The notes under the pieces: model-generated
What the model was told of the DNA's origin: nothing
The model's database searches: none
Seen by the model: the letters and a program-made list of their open reading frames with translations, nothing else
Made by a program: the position numbers and the translations under genes
Assembly (NCBI GenBank): GCA_977020255.1
Contig: CDROCS010000799.1
Coordinates: forward strand, 124,001 to 188,000
Length of the DNA: 64,000 nt
Origin: Obrimoposthia wandeli
Lineage: Eukaryota
Direction: 5' to 3'
Shown here: piece by piece, positions 13,300-26,758 of the stretch
Layout: each line of letters begins with the position of its first letter
How positions within the stretch are numbered: position 1 is the stretch's first letter

Positions 13300-16200
13300 A
13301 TATAACCTTTTAGGTGGCTAACTACCGACTTATACAGTTTACTACTGTGGTATAATGTGTGGTATAATGATAATACAGTAATTATAAATTAGTATACTAC
13401 TAATCGATAACTGTGGAAACGCTTTGATGCTACTAAGTAGCGGATTTTTAAATAAAGTAATATTAGGATTATTTGGACTTATTTCTTATTTTAATATAAC
13501 CCTCATCTATACTACTAGAACTACACAGTTTTTGAAAATATTTGAAAATCGTTACTCAGGTTTCCTTTATAAATGTAATACTAAACTCAACACCATGATT
13601 ATTCAATTAAGCACTAAACAATTTATAAACACAATATTGCGTATACTACATCACCGTTTACTCAATAGTTTGGCGAAAGATCTGCATGCGTCTTCAGGTA
13701 TCAAAATTACTGCTATCATAATTATGCCCATCTTCGAGTTGTTCCGATTTTGGTTCGTCCGGATTCAAATAGCTCAACTTTTTTTTTTGTTAAACCATTT
13801 CTTTTGATGTGTTCTGCTCGTATATCTTAATTGTTTTCGCTGTGCTGTTTTTTTCTTTTACATTGAATTTTCTGGTTTATCGATTTTATTTATTTTTCTG
13901 TCTGCGATCTTAATCCTGGTTTGTATACTGGCGTGACGAAGCAGGCCGAGGTTCACTCAATATTGTGAACTGAAGAGCCATATGCTCGCGTTACCATGTA
14001 GTGAAGAGTATAAATGGATTCACTACTTGAAAAGACTTACCCTGTCTTCCGTGTAATCAAGCTTGAGTATTATTCCAACTATAAGTAATTTAAATTTGTT
14101 TGCTATATTTTTTGCATTATTTACAATATTTAAAGTTCCTTCCTTTATCGAGTATTTTCTCGTTATTTCTTCATTCAAATCATCTTTCATTAGAAATTCT
14201 TTGAATTAACTCATTTTTTTCTTTGTTCCTTGATAATTTCTTTGTTTTTCTTTAATGATTTTAACAAATTTATTAATTTATTTTCACCACCCTCTTAGTT
14301 CTTGATTTCATTTTGATATAATTGTTAGATTACGTTTTCTCTTTCATCCACGTTTCCTAATCTTGACATGTATCTAATTTCTAAATAAATCTTAGCTAAT
14401 TTTACAAACATTACTTGCTCTTTGACTCATTTGCATTTTGTAGGTTAGTTTAGATTTTAGTTTAGCTTTTTTAAGTCTTTTAACTATTGTTTTGGCCTTT
14501 TTAAAATGTTTATTGAATGATTTGGAAAATATTATAATATCGTTGATGTAAACGATAGTGTTTGCACATTCGGGGAGTACGAAATTCATGCTACTTTGGA
14601 AAGTGGCTGGCGCTCTCGTCAGTCCAAATGGTATTTTCTCAAATTCGTATATTCCATCTCCGCTTGAGAAAGTAGTTTTATGTTTTCCCTCTTCCTCTAT
14701 TTCGATTAGCCAATATTCTGAGTAGCCTAACTTATGAAGCATCTTTTCAATTCTAGAGAGTCAGTAAACGTATTTCCTTGTAATTTTCTTTAATTCTCTA
14801 AAATCTATACATAGTATCATTTTCCCATTTTTTTAATAATACCAATAGTACGGAAAATTATGAAAGCTTGTCTTATTACTCCTATTTTATTTTCTGTCTG
14901 TTCCTTAACTTCGTTTTGTAATTGTAATGGTACTCGGTATTGTCTTCGCAGGACTATTTTGTCTTATGTCAATAGTATTATGTATTTTATGCCTGATGTT
15001 TCTTCTAGGTCGTATTTATTTTTCAGCTATTCTTTTAGAAATTAATGTATCAATTAGTTGCTTTCTTTGTGTGGTTGAAAATCTCTCTGATTCGATTAAT
15101 ATTTTTTGTAATCATATATATCTTAAAACAATTTCAAACTGTAGAATCATCTATTTGTGCTATCTTTCTCAACCGCATTCCTATTTATAATATAATGTCG
15201 TCAATGTTTGTATTCATAAGTTTTAGTGGTATTTAGTGGTATTAGTGGTATTTTCAATCAAACTTAATATACTAACAATCAGAAGTTCATACTTGTCTAT
15301 AAATTCTCTTGATGGTTCGAACATTATTGTTACTTTTTCTTCTGATAGAGTGTGACCTTGAATTACAAATTATAACCCTTTACTGATTTTGATGAAACTT
15401 TCTATGATAATATCTATTTGATCTATCTGTATGTTTGACGTCTTTTAGCCTTGGATCTTGTAAATAATTACTTATTCTTTCAATTTATGATAGTACATTA
15501 ATTCCTAAAATGGTTGGTCAGGGACATTGTCTCACAATTCAAACTGGTATAATAATTGTATGATGCCCTTTTACAAATGTACAAGGTAATATTCCCGTTA
15601 CTTTTACAGGGTTTTCGTTGACTGATTGGACTGGTTTTGACACTGTTTGTTTTTGTTCATGCGTTAAACAATTTTTAATTGCTATCGATACTACTGAGTC
15701 TGTATCGAATAATGCTTTCAATTTCAAATTATTTACTCAAATAATAGCTACTGGTTGTTGTGTTCTATTAATATTTTCTGTATGATCTTTTGTATTTACT
15801 GATCTAATAATGTTTTGCTAATAGAACATGTTATCAGTTCGTTAGAACATCTTAAGTATGTTCTTACACAACGGCCGGGTAGCAAAGTTACTTCTTTGTT
15901 GATAGTAATACATCCCATGCACTGGTTCTTTCAGCATGTATTCTAGTTCGTATTAAATAAATCCTGTTGTTATTTTTATCTTGTAGTAATCCAAAAATAA
16001 CCTGTATCCTCTACTTGTTGTATTTATCTTTAAGTATGTTAATTCCTTAATCATGTCCGCTTGGCTCAGATATAGTTTTCTTATAAAAGATACTATCGGC
16101 GAATCTTGTTGACTCAAGAGATCATTTTGTGTCATATGATTTTTAACAATACATTTAAATGTTAATTCGTTTTTCTTTCAGTTTACAATATCTATGATGT

Positions 16201-16560
16201 AGCATCGCTTTAGGTAGCTCAACTGTGTCCCTTTAAATATTTCATTCTTTTTTACACTTTCAGTACTTTATTACATCATTATTATCCTTTTTATAGCAAA
16301 ATGTTTCTTTCTAAACTAATTTTCTAAGTCTTGATTTTGAAAAGTCAGATTCCGATATTGTTCGTCACTTTCATTTATTTATCCATTAATTCAAATATAC
16401 CCTTTTAAGGGTTGCTATCTACAACGATGCCTTCTATTTTGATTATTCCAACTGAAATCTCGTCATTATTGTTAAAATCTGATGCTTTGCCTTTGTGTGG
16501 TCCTGGTACGCTTGAAACGTTCATTCTAAATATGAACGGGTATGTAGGTGGATTCATGTT
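13300..16560 (-). mobile_element. Degenerate Ty3/Gypsy LTR retrotransposon internal region (gag, protease, RT; RNase H deleted)
   Basis: RT fragment KHKTTF...YEFEKIPFGLTRAPATFQSSMN...IVYINDIIIFS (14392-14742); protease KALFDTDSVVSI (15539-15727); gag-like start near 16550. Confidence 0.85.
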
Positions 16561-16619
16561 TAATTATTTGGCTTATCATCGATTTTTCAATTTCTAAATA
16601 ATTCATTTCCATATTTATT

Positions 16620-17088
16620 ACACTTCCTATTTTGAAAATACAAGTCAATCTGCACCCAGAAATGTATGTTATGATTGACGAAACGCTAATTCCCTGGATG
16701 GGAAGGTTGTGGTTTTGTCAATTTATCCCCAACGTTTTAGGAATCTCAGATACTGGTAGATATAGTACTGACGCAGCAAAGAAAAATCAAGTTCTTGAAC
16801 CTTTCATGAACGCAGATAATCGAGAGATAGATCGCACTTGCAAACTGTGCTATTAGAAAAAAGTCGTTCAGATGGTAAACTGCAGCAAGGAAAGTAAACC
16901 GAATGTCAAAATACTACTGTCCTGCCTGTCCCAAGAAGCCTGTTTTGTGCTTGAACTGCTTAACAAAAATTCACAAAAAAAACCTTTGTCCTTATTTTTA
17001 GTATATATCACTGGCTAAAGTTTGTTGGCGATATACAGTCTGAGCCATTTCACAATCTATGAAGTATAATTTAGGAGTATTGTGAGGG
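16620..17088 (+). mobile_element. Internally deleted piggyBac remnant with 3' terminus
   Basis: MIDETLIPWMGRLWFCQFIPN (DDD-core motif DE..IP..GR...QYIP) fused to a C-terminal Cys-rich RTCKLCY...C...C region. Ends GAGGG followed by TTAA (17089-17092). Confidence 0.72.
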
Positions 17089-19411
17089 TTAAATTGGATT
17101 GTGTTAATTTGTTGTTGGTGAATTTCTTCAATTCTTTCTATGCGAAGCAGGGATAGTTATTTTCCTACCTTTATTTCGTAATTATTTCTTTGTTGCCTTT
17201 TACTTAAAGTGTAGGAATGATTTCTCAGTAACAAGAAATTGAGGATATTATCGGTTTCACATTTTAAAAATTATCTACCCATTGCTACGTGTATTTCTAC
17301 ATTTTCTCCTTCTTCATCAACTAATATCGTTTTTAAAGTTTTCCATTGAGTTTTCCATTTTTAAGGTTATCACGCTTTTCCTTTTTTCTTCGGATATATA
17401 AGCGTTTGGTTTTCAAATATTTCTGTTGCTGTTCTACTTCTCAACTTTTTTGTACTATATTGGCGTATTTTCTAAAAAGTAGATCTCTGCCGGATCTCTA
17501 TTTTTGGGAAATTCTTTTGGAGTCCTGACATTATAGAATGCGAGTTCGTTCTGGGTGGTTGCTCACTCTTTTGTCTGGGTTCACCGGTTTATTGTCACCA
17601 TTTAATGTCTGTATGGTTAGCATACTGTATAAATCATGTAGAAAAAAAAATGAAATTTAAAGGTTTAAATGTAATAAATAAACAAGAGGTTATAAAAATT
17701 TCATCCTTATCACAATTTTTGTTCTTCGTGTTTATTGTACAATGTTTCTAGTTTATCATATTGGCCGGATTAGCCTATTTCAGAATCATTTCCTGAATTG
17801 TTTTCATGAATAATGTTTCGATTCTTATTTAGGAAAAGGAGTCTATCCATCATATGTCGGGTTTGTGAATGTTCAGCCAAAATTAGTCTTAATTGAGAAT
17901 CAATTCGATGATAAAGATCATCAATTTTATATGAATCAGATTTAATTTCCTGTTCAAGTTCATTTATTTCAATGTTTTGACTGAGATTTTCATTCACCAA
18001 TCTTTTAATTTTAATTTTCAATTTATCATTTTGTTTAATTTTGTTTAATTTTTTTATAAAATAGTCATCATGATGGTGTTTAATGTATTGGATTTTTTTT
18101 AAAATTATAGCATTGTCTGCAGGCTTGGATTTTTTTGTTCATTTCTAAATTATAGTTAATATATATATATTATCCGGGTTTTTTTCCGGATGATTCTTTC
18201 TAAATAAAATTATTTATACATTTATTAATATCTATATACACATGCTTATTTTTTCCGATTATTCATTTGAACGTTTTATTTTTAATGGTTTTTATTAAAG
18301 ATTTCTTATGTTTTTGTTTGTTGCTTTTGATTATCGTATTTATTGATACGTTGGATGAAGTTGAAGAACTTGGTATAATTGATGTTGTAAATGGTCCTGG
18401 AGGTTTGTAAAATGTAAATTTGATGAGTTGGTTTTGGAATTTCCTGATGTTTTTTCATTTTTATTTTCCATAGAGTTTTTATGACGAGTATTAATATTTC
18501 AACTATTACTATTGTCATTATGAGTTCGATTTTCATTTTATTGTCTGAGTATTTTATTTATTAATATGCATTTCAAAGCCATGAATTGAAGGATTTGTAC
18601 GATATAATTTTTGTCAGTTTTGAAATTAGTTGATTTTTTTTATTCTCTGTGATCTTAATTTGATTTGTAATTTAACATTTTTTAGTTGTGAATGTTGTAT
18701 GTAATTTTTGTTTTGTGATTATTTCTTTGATATATTTTTTTAACTTTAATTACTGGCCACTTTAATGACCACAAAAATTGTAGATTGATTTAGTTTGGAT
18801 ATCTTATTTCCTAAAATTGTCAATTTGTCAGATTTTTATAAGTTCCAAACTTTTATCCCCATTGTCTGTACTTTATTGGTTTGTTAGTTACTACGCATTC
18901 TCTATTTTCCATGATTATTTTTCATGGATATATTATATTTTATGGTTAAAATTGTTTTGGTTTGTGCCTTTTCCAATTGTTTTTCTGTATCTATCCAAAA
19001 ATGGGAATTTGGTCCTCTGTATCTAATTATTATGAGTGCTTTATCTAAGTCATCTTAACAACTGTAAGTCATTCTTAGTTGAATTTTCCATTTTATTATT
19101 ATACTGTATTTTGTTATATGTTTTGCTTTTGTTTCCAATATTGATGTTAAGTATATATGAGTTTCTATAATTCTTTCACAAAGCTTCGTATTTAATAAAT
19201 TTGATTTAACTCTGTTTTTGTTTTGTGTCTCTGTTCTTAAAAATGGTATTGTATATTTTTGTGATTTTATTCCTAAAATAATTATATTTTGTTTTCTGTC
19301 TGTTTGTGTGATCTGTACATTTCCTGTTTTGGTTTTAAAAAGTGAAATGTTTAACTTTATTGATTTTATTTCCGGTATTATTGTAATTAAACCGAAATCT
19401 TTTATGAGATT

Positions 19412-22400
19412 ATGTCTACGATAGAAAACATAACCGTCGACCACGCCGACATAAATGTAGTTACGAGAAGTCAATCAAAGAAGAATATCCTCGAGTCTAT
19501 TCCTAAAGAGCAAAGAATGATGTTCCAGTATAACATAAGAAGATACGATGGAATGAGTTCAAAGGAAGGTGAACAATGGTTAAAGGATATAGGAGAATGG
19601 GTTGACGCAAATCAGATTAATATTGGGGATGCATTTGAGTTGCTGTTGACCGAAGAAGCTAGATTAATATGGAAAGATGCCAGTCAAAGGTTAAATTCAG
19701 ATATCGAAGTCAAAAATTGTTTGAAGAAAATTTCCTAGAAAAGAAATCCATAGTTGACAAAGTTGGCGAAGTTGCAAAAGTGAAGCAATTAGAAGGCGAG
19801 CGTTTCTCAGCGTTCAACATTAGAGTGAAAAAACTCGTTGAGGCTATGATGGAAAATAATGTTAGCAAAGATGAGTTGACTGACGCTTTCATTAAAGATA
19901 GAGTAAGAAGTGAAAAACTGAAGGAGCAGTTCTTATTAAAACTACAGATACCAAAAGAAGAAATAGAGGCGTTGATAAAGGTGTACAGCGAAATCGAGAA
20001 AAATAATACTGGGATTGCACAAATTTATAATACATATGCAAATACAGTAACAAGAGAATTCAACCGTCATTTCTCAAACAATACGAAGAAACCAGTACCA
20101 GTATCAGTACATCAGGAACAAATAAATTATGTTAATGAAGAAAAAATATACATAAATAGAGACGCCCAAAATCAAAATAATAGGATACCAATGCCAAGGT
20201 TTTCCTTAAAACAAATAACTAAAAGAAAATATAACTTAGCTAAGGGGCTGCCTGTCACGAAATGTGTATGAATTTCAGCCAAGAGCATGTTTTTGTTGTG
20301 GTGAAAAAGGTAATTTCCGAAATCAATGACCTCTCAATCACAAATGTTTGATTTGCTGAAAAGAAGGTCCCAATTTCAACAGCTGCTATCTTTTAAAGAA
20401 CCCTCATTAAACTTCAAGAGTACATTGTATAACAGAAAAGTTGAAGAAAATAATCAAGATTTAGAAGATTGTAATAATGACGACATGATAATATATGATG
20501 TTAATCAGGGAAACGTGAGTGATCCAATTGCTCACATTTCGTCGGTGGGATCGAGCATATATAACCAAAGCGGAATGAAAAGATGTATATGAAAAATGAT
20601 AGTCGTGAATGGACTATAATGAAGATTAATTATGTAGATGTGGGAATGCTGTGGGACTCCGGAGCATCAGTTACTGTAATTAGTATGGAAGAAAGTAGGG
20701 TGTCACAAAATGAGAGATAGTCATTTATATCTAAGGGGAGTTTTTTCGAATAATCATCAACAGCCTTTAGGTAGGTTTAATACTAAAGTGTTATGGAATG
20801 GAAAGGATAAAGTTTTGAAAATAGTTGTTGTAGAAAACATTAAACCAGATTTTATTGGTGGAATCGATACATTGAAAACATTTGGGATAAAGCTACAGGA
20901 AGTATATAATTTGGACTCGTCTTACATGATGAAAACGTCTTCCTCGAAAGAAAGAACAGATAAAATATGTAATTCTTTAGAATGCGATAGAGACTAAATT
21001 CTAGGACATATTATATTAAGGAATTTGAGAAAATATTTATGTGTCTAAATTTGATCTAGGATATACCAAAATTGTCTCTCATAAGATTGTTAACAGTTAA
21101 ATTCCTAGGTCATACCATAACAGAAAGCGGAATACATACAAATCTGTCGAAAGTCAAAGAAATTATAAATTTCAAGAAATCAAATTGTAGCAGAAACCTA
21201 AAATCATTTTAGGAATGGCAAACTATTATCGACGATTTATTAAAAATTATGCAAATATTGCAGCTCCACTATATGCAGCGGGGTCCGGAGATAAGAAGTC
21301 AATACAATGGTCACCTGATTGTAAAACAAGTTTTTCATTCCTCAAAGAAAAATTAACAAGGGTTCCCATATTAGATTTTTCCAGACGAAATAGAAAATTT
21401 ATAATTGAATCAGATGCAAGTTTGGTGCGATTGGGGCAGTATTGGATGAAATGAGAAACGAAAAAATGTTTGCATACGCTTCAAGACATTTGACTTCCCA
21501 TGAGAAAGGATATTGTGTTACCAGAAAAGAACTTTTAGCAGTATACGAATTTATTATGCATTTTAATCACTATTTATATAAAAATGAATTTTTGACAAGA
21601 ACAGATCATAAAGCATTAGTATTTTTAAGAACGACAAAAAAGCAATCAGTCCTCAATTTCAAACATGGCTGGCAAATTTTATCAGAATTTAATTTTAAGT
21701 TATAACACCGTAAAGGTATTGACCATGGTAATGCCGACGGTATGTCAAGATTAAATGAAACAGTATGTGCTCAGTGTGAAACTAAATATATAGATGCTCA
21801 AGAGAAGAGATCTAAAATACGATATATTAACTCACTAAATGAAAACAACTTCTTGAGTAAGATAAGGAAAATACACAAGAAGATATTCATGTGAAAGAAA
21901 TGAAATTTTTCCTCCAACTGGAAAGAAGGGATTTATCAGAAGAATGCAAAATAATTTGGATTTATCAGATAAGATAGAAACTTAAACTCTGCGATGATAT
22001 CCTTTATTTTGAACAAAACTTTACAGATTTAATTGTCAATTGAAGAACGCTAATGAAATTATTAATGAAATTCACCATTATATATGTCACCTAGGAATAC
22101 AAAAAGTTTAAAACTATATGAAAGATAAATTATATTTAAAAGGAATGTTTCAAGAAATAAAAGAATCTATATTGAAGCGCATTTACTATGCCAAAAGAAA
22201 AATTGAAACAAGCAGAACAAAATAAATATATATTCCTATAATCAAAGAAAATATTTTAGATCAAATAGTGTCTATTTGAAAAACCTAAGAATATTTTAAC
22301 AGACAGAGGACGAATATTTAATTGGAAATTATTTGCAGAATTGGCTACAAAAATTTGGTATTGAACAGGAGCTTACAGCACCTTATAAACACCAAACTAA

Positions 22401-23217
22401 CAGTCTAGCAGAAAGAGTTATACGCACAGTAAGAGATATGATTGTAACGACAATAGCGTATACTAAAACAGGAAAATGTTGGTACGATTTACTGCCTCAA
22501 ATTGAATTTGCTATAAATGCAACAGTAAATAGTTCTTCAAAACATTCACTGTTTGAGGTCATTTATGGAAGAAAAATAACAATTCAAGCATCAAATGCAA
22601 CAACAAACAATAAAGAAAATATCATTCAAGACGTAAGGAAAAATCAACAAATCACAGCTGAAAAGTTAAAGAATATAGACAATGAAAGAAGAGGGAAAGG
22701 ATATTTGAAGTAAATGAAAAGGTGCTTGTTAAAAAGGAGCCAATTAAAAGAAGCAAGAATAGCGACCAGTATGAAGGCCCATATAGAATAATATAATTCT
22801 TGAGTTCACAACAGGTATCAATTCAGTTTCCAAGAGGAATACTTTCCAGGTGAATCGAATGGCTGAAGAAGTGTAAATTTGAATTGTGAAAGAGAAAGTT
22901 ATGTAATCAGAAACCAGAATTATCTTACTTCCAATAATTTGTTTAAAGACAGATATTTAATATTCAGTATATAAATTGTGTTGTGAAATCTAAGTCTTGA
23001 ATTATGTCACGATAGAAAACATAACTAGATGTCTTGTGGAGTCGTATTTATTTACTAATTGATTATCATTTATGTCTGTTTTATTTACTTTGTGTAAGTT
23101 GTTATTTGTTATATAATATATTATAAGTAATATCATTATTAGTAATATATTAAATAAATTATTAAAATTATAAACAGATCAAAATATAAACCTGCGTGTC
23201 CTTATCGAGCTCACCAA
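19412..23217 (+). mobile_element. Degenerate Ty3/Gypsy element (gag with CCHC knuckle, protease, RT core deleted, RNase H, integrase, 3' LTR-like end)
   Basis: gag ORFs 19412-20271; CFCCGEKGN knuckle; LWDSGASVTVIS protease; VKFLGHTI...ANYYRRFIKNY; RH IIESDAS...RKELLAV...RTDHKAL; IN TAPYKHQTNSLAERVIRT. LTR-like TGTCACGATAG...CA from about 23007. Confidence 0.9.
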
Positions 23218-23254
23218 TGTTAATGTATGAAAATTACTGTCTTCAATATTAATA

Positions 23255-23365
23255 TAATAAGATAAATCTTCTTCAATAGTATTTGTAATAAGATAAATCT
23301 ATTCCATAGTATTTGTAATGAGATAAATTTTCTTCAATAATATTTGTAGTAAGATAAATCTTCTC
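23255..23365. repeat. ~30-bp tandem repeat, 4 copies (EEDLSYYKY-like on the minus strand)
   Basis: Unit taagataaatcttcttcaatagtatttgta, repeated with variants. Confidence 0.8.
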
Positions 23366-24182
23366 CGGAATTCTGTTTCTGATAATTTTTCAACGACAAT
23401 GCTACTAAATATCTTGAGGCCAAATTCGATAGATCTATTTATAGATCGAATCAATACCCAAACGGTAATATTAAGCTACAATATTCTCTGAGCTCAAAGA
23501 GATCTTGATTGAAGCATGAAACTGGTATATTCTTTTTATAAAGGAGCGCACAGTCAGGGTAATTGTTTGCAAACTATATAAGCAAACTAATAATATCAGC
23601 AGGGGCTCCACAGGAGTATCAATATCAAAAAATCCAAAAACCGCGGTAAATTTGTTATTGGAAAGGCAGGATCAAAATCCGTACACGACACTGACAGATA
23701 TGGCTCAATTTCTCGGATATAACCATACAATTCAATGTTTGGACAAAGATAACATTTTTGGTACCTGAGTTCATTTTAATATAATTTTAAGAAAATAATC
23801 ACCTTTTCTTGTCTTATTCATGTATAATAATCCAAATTAGTTCTAAAATTATTAAAAAAACATAAAAAGTACAAACTTACGAGTCAACGGCACTAATCAT
23901 ATTGCTATCGGCAATATCGACTTTGATTAGGTGTATATTAGGTGTAATATACTTGATTTCTATTTTTAGATTTTGATTAAATCGATGGCAATTTCTCGGG
24001 AAAAATCATTAAAAAATGAAAAAATTACCAACTATCAGAAATTTCTATTTTTGTCAGAGTAAAACAGGGAAATCATCTATTATATAAATTGTTTCTAATG
24101 TTGTACTGGAAATTCAGTCTTTTTATAGTAATTAGTTATTCTTCGCCGCTGGCTAGAAAAATCGGAATTGTCCTGTTAGGGG

Positions 24183-24705
24183 ACAGCGATTTATTCCCTT
24201 CCATCTCCGACCGCCACCGCCCACATGCCAAATTGAACCACCAGCTCTCCTGCATCGGCGACCAAGCACCCCACGGTGGTGCAATTCAGTTTACAAACTG
24301 GATTTAGACAACGGCGCTACCATCGCGCTGCCACAAGGAGATGGAAGACTTGTCGGAGAAAACTCCGCTACCTGGGAAACTCTTGTAACGAGGCATTTTT
24401 TAAATCTTTATTTTTTAACTGTTTTATCTTTTATTTTGCGGTAAATATTTATTACGAAATAGAAGATAATACCTATTTGGCCGCCTGATGAGTTCGTAAG
24501 GACGAAACGGCCAAAAGTTCTGGTTGTCGCGGTCTTCCTAGAACTTGCCTCTCTATCGTGGGCATTTTGATTAAACTGATATTTTAATTAACCAAATAAT
24601 TGGATTTATATAACCCTATTTTTTATTATATTTTTTTAAAAATCCAAACATATATTTGATTCTTTTAAGCTTAATGAAACGAGCACACACACATAATTCC
24701 CAACA
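24183..24705 (+). mobile_element. ~520-bp dispersed repeat carrying a hammerhead ribozyme (pLTR/retrozyme-like), copy 1
   Basis: Colinear along its length with 45248-45760 (e.g. ccaccagctctcctgcatcggcgaccaa; acggcgctaccatcgcgctgccacaaggaga; gcggtaaatatttatt). Confidence 0.8.
24479..24534 (+). ncRNA. Type I hammerhead ribozyme, canonical core
   Basis: Stem I GGCCGC/GCGGUC; core CUGAUGA; stem II GUUC-GUAA-GGAC; GAA; stem III ACGGCCA-aaaguuc-UGGUUGU; GUC cleavage after 24528. Confidence 0.93.
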
Positions 24706-25789
24706 TATATACCAAAATGTGTGTCTTTTAAAGACAAACAGAAATATCTCCGGTCATTCTTCGAGAAAATAATGCTTTCTTATTTCATAAAAATTGAGAT
24801 TTATATGTTGGTTTGGGAGATTTTCTTTTTTACATATAATTAGGCATAAAATATGACCAACATTGTCATCCTACATAAAGTAGAAGACACCTTATGGTAT
24901 ATTGCTATCAGGAATATTAGTATCTACATGTGTTTACTATGAATATAGTTTTCTTATATTATCATATATTTATATTAAATGTTAAAAATCATACAGGAAA
25001 TTTTTACAATTATATATACTTGTAAAAAAGTATATATATACAAAACATGAAATTCAATTTGAAAATGTTAAAAAGTGTTTCGTAAAATATATGAAACCCA
25101 CCGATAAACCACTTATGTACATATATATATTCGGAAAATGTAAATTTTCAACTTTCAAGAAATTGTTGTGAATATTTTCCAAGGGAATTTGATCAATTTC
25201 TTCAAGAATCCTTCACTAGAAATGTACTTATTCATGTCCTCAAACGTTGGTAATCCTTGGGTGGATACTCAGTTCTCTAGATGGGTCTTAAACACTCTTT
25301 TATAACTGCAAATATAAAATACAACAAAGGTTCTGGTTCTTATTTTTCCGTTTGTTTAAACTAATAAGAATAATCCCCAAAGAACCAAATTCATCATAAT
25401 ACTTATTCTATTAAAATAAATGTTGGAAATGATCGAAACCGAGAAAAATTCCGAAACAAAGTAACATATGGTAAAAAATGTGTATTTCTTATATATTTCC
25501 CACCAGTTTCGTAGTCGAAATGTTATATACTATATGAAAGAGAATCGCATATCTCTTTTTATATCCACACACATATATTTCTTCCATACACTTGCTTAAT
25601 AAATTTATTTTCAAAATAAAAAACCAAATCTCATTCAACAAGTTTTAGAAAGAAGATGTTTGCCTAATTTTAAAAATAATAACCTTATATTAAATAAAGA
25701 AAAATATAAATACTACGAGAAGAAATGGCTCCATTGCCATAAATTCGTTTTGCAGAACCAGTTCGCAGGAACATAGCTTAATAAATGTC

Positions 25790-26110
25790 GTGAATAAACG
25801 AGAGAGAAAAATATATGTTTATTAATTTGATTATAAAGAAAAGCAGTTCATTTGTAATTAGCTTATGCATTGGATAATGATGCTTTTATTATAACTTGGA
25901 AGCATTTTATAAGAGAATGGGTAAAACCCAGAATGATTATATCACATAATTGGGACGAATTTTGAGGAGACAATAAATAAGTTAAAGAGCTAAAGTAAGA
26001 TAGCTACAAGATTCAGTGAAATCTAACCAAGTATATACATTGAGTTTTCAACCATCACATACACCGCACTTTGGATGGGTGTTCGAGACGATGATAAAAT
26101 CGAAAAAACA
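25790..26110 (+). mobile_element. BEL/Pao integrase remnant
   Basis: Frameshifted AVHL..AYALDNDAFIITWKHF...KPRMIISHNGTNF and FQPSHTPHFGWVFETMIK, matching BEL integrase D..AF...RRF..RRG.P..I.SDNGTNF / F.PP.APHFGG.FE. Confidence 0.7.
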
Positions 26111-26758
26111 AGCAATTTAACCCTATTATGATGAGCTTTTTTGTTGAAACATTACATACCAATTTGCGCTGCAGCGGCTCTATACCTATTTCACAAGTAA
26201 ATGTGACATTCATTGCTTTTATTATATATAAAGTATATAAATATTATGTTGTCCATATAATTTTTAGACTGGCACCGGATAGTACACATAACCATAGAAA
26301 TTTATATTATCGATTCATAGTATTTTGGCTATATATAGATGATGATAAGCGGCCTGTTATCTATATTCTTAGAATTTCCACATATGATGTTTCACTTTTG
26401 ATAGGTTGATATGATTTATTTTGCCAATTACCCGTATATTATGTACCATTATCAATAGTAAATTTTCCATGCTTGGAGTTTTGACTTTATTCGTAATGTT
26501 GCTAATGCAGGAGCTACTATTGACAGTACTGATTATAATCGTGTTTGTCTTTTGATTGATGGCGATAATTACAGCATTGACAGCCTTCCTGATGATGATG
26601 GCATCATACAAGATGATTCAAAATATCAAAGTGCTGTCAATGAAATTAACGGAGGCGACTACTACGATGTGATTTAATATAATATATGCATCCAAGAATG
26701 ACAATATGAAATGGTGTACACGCCCTCCTAATCCAGCAGGTCGAAGCAATGCTGCTAT

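Noticed and set aside
23380-23760. Decayed minus-strand ORF (CYLCPNIELYGYIREIEPYL...)
   Set aside because: Frameshifted and unidentifiable, so no product can be supported.
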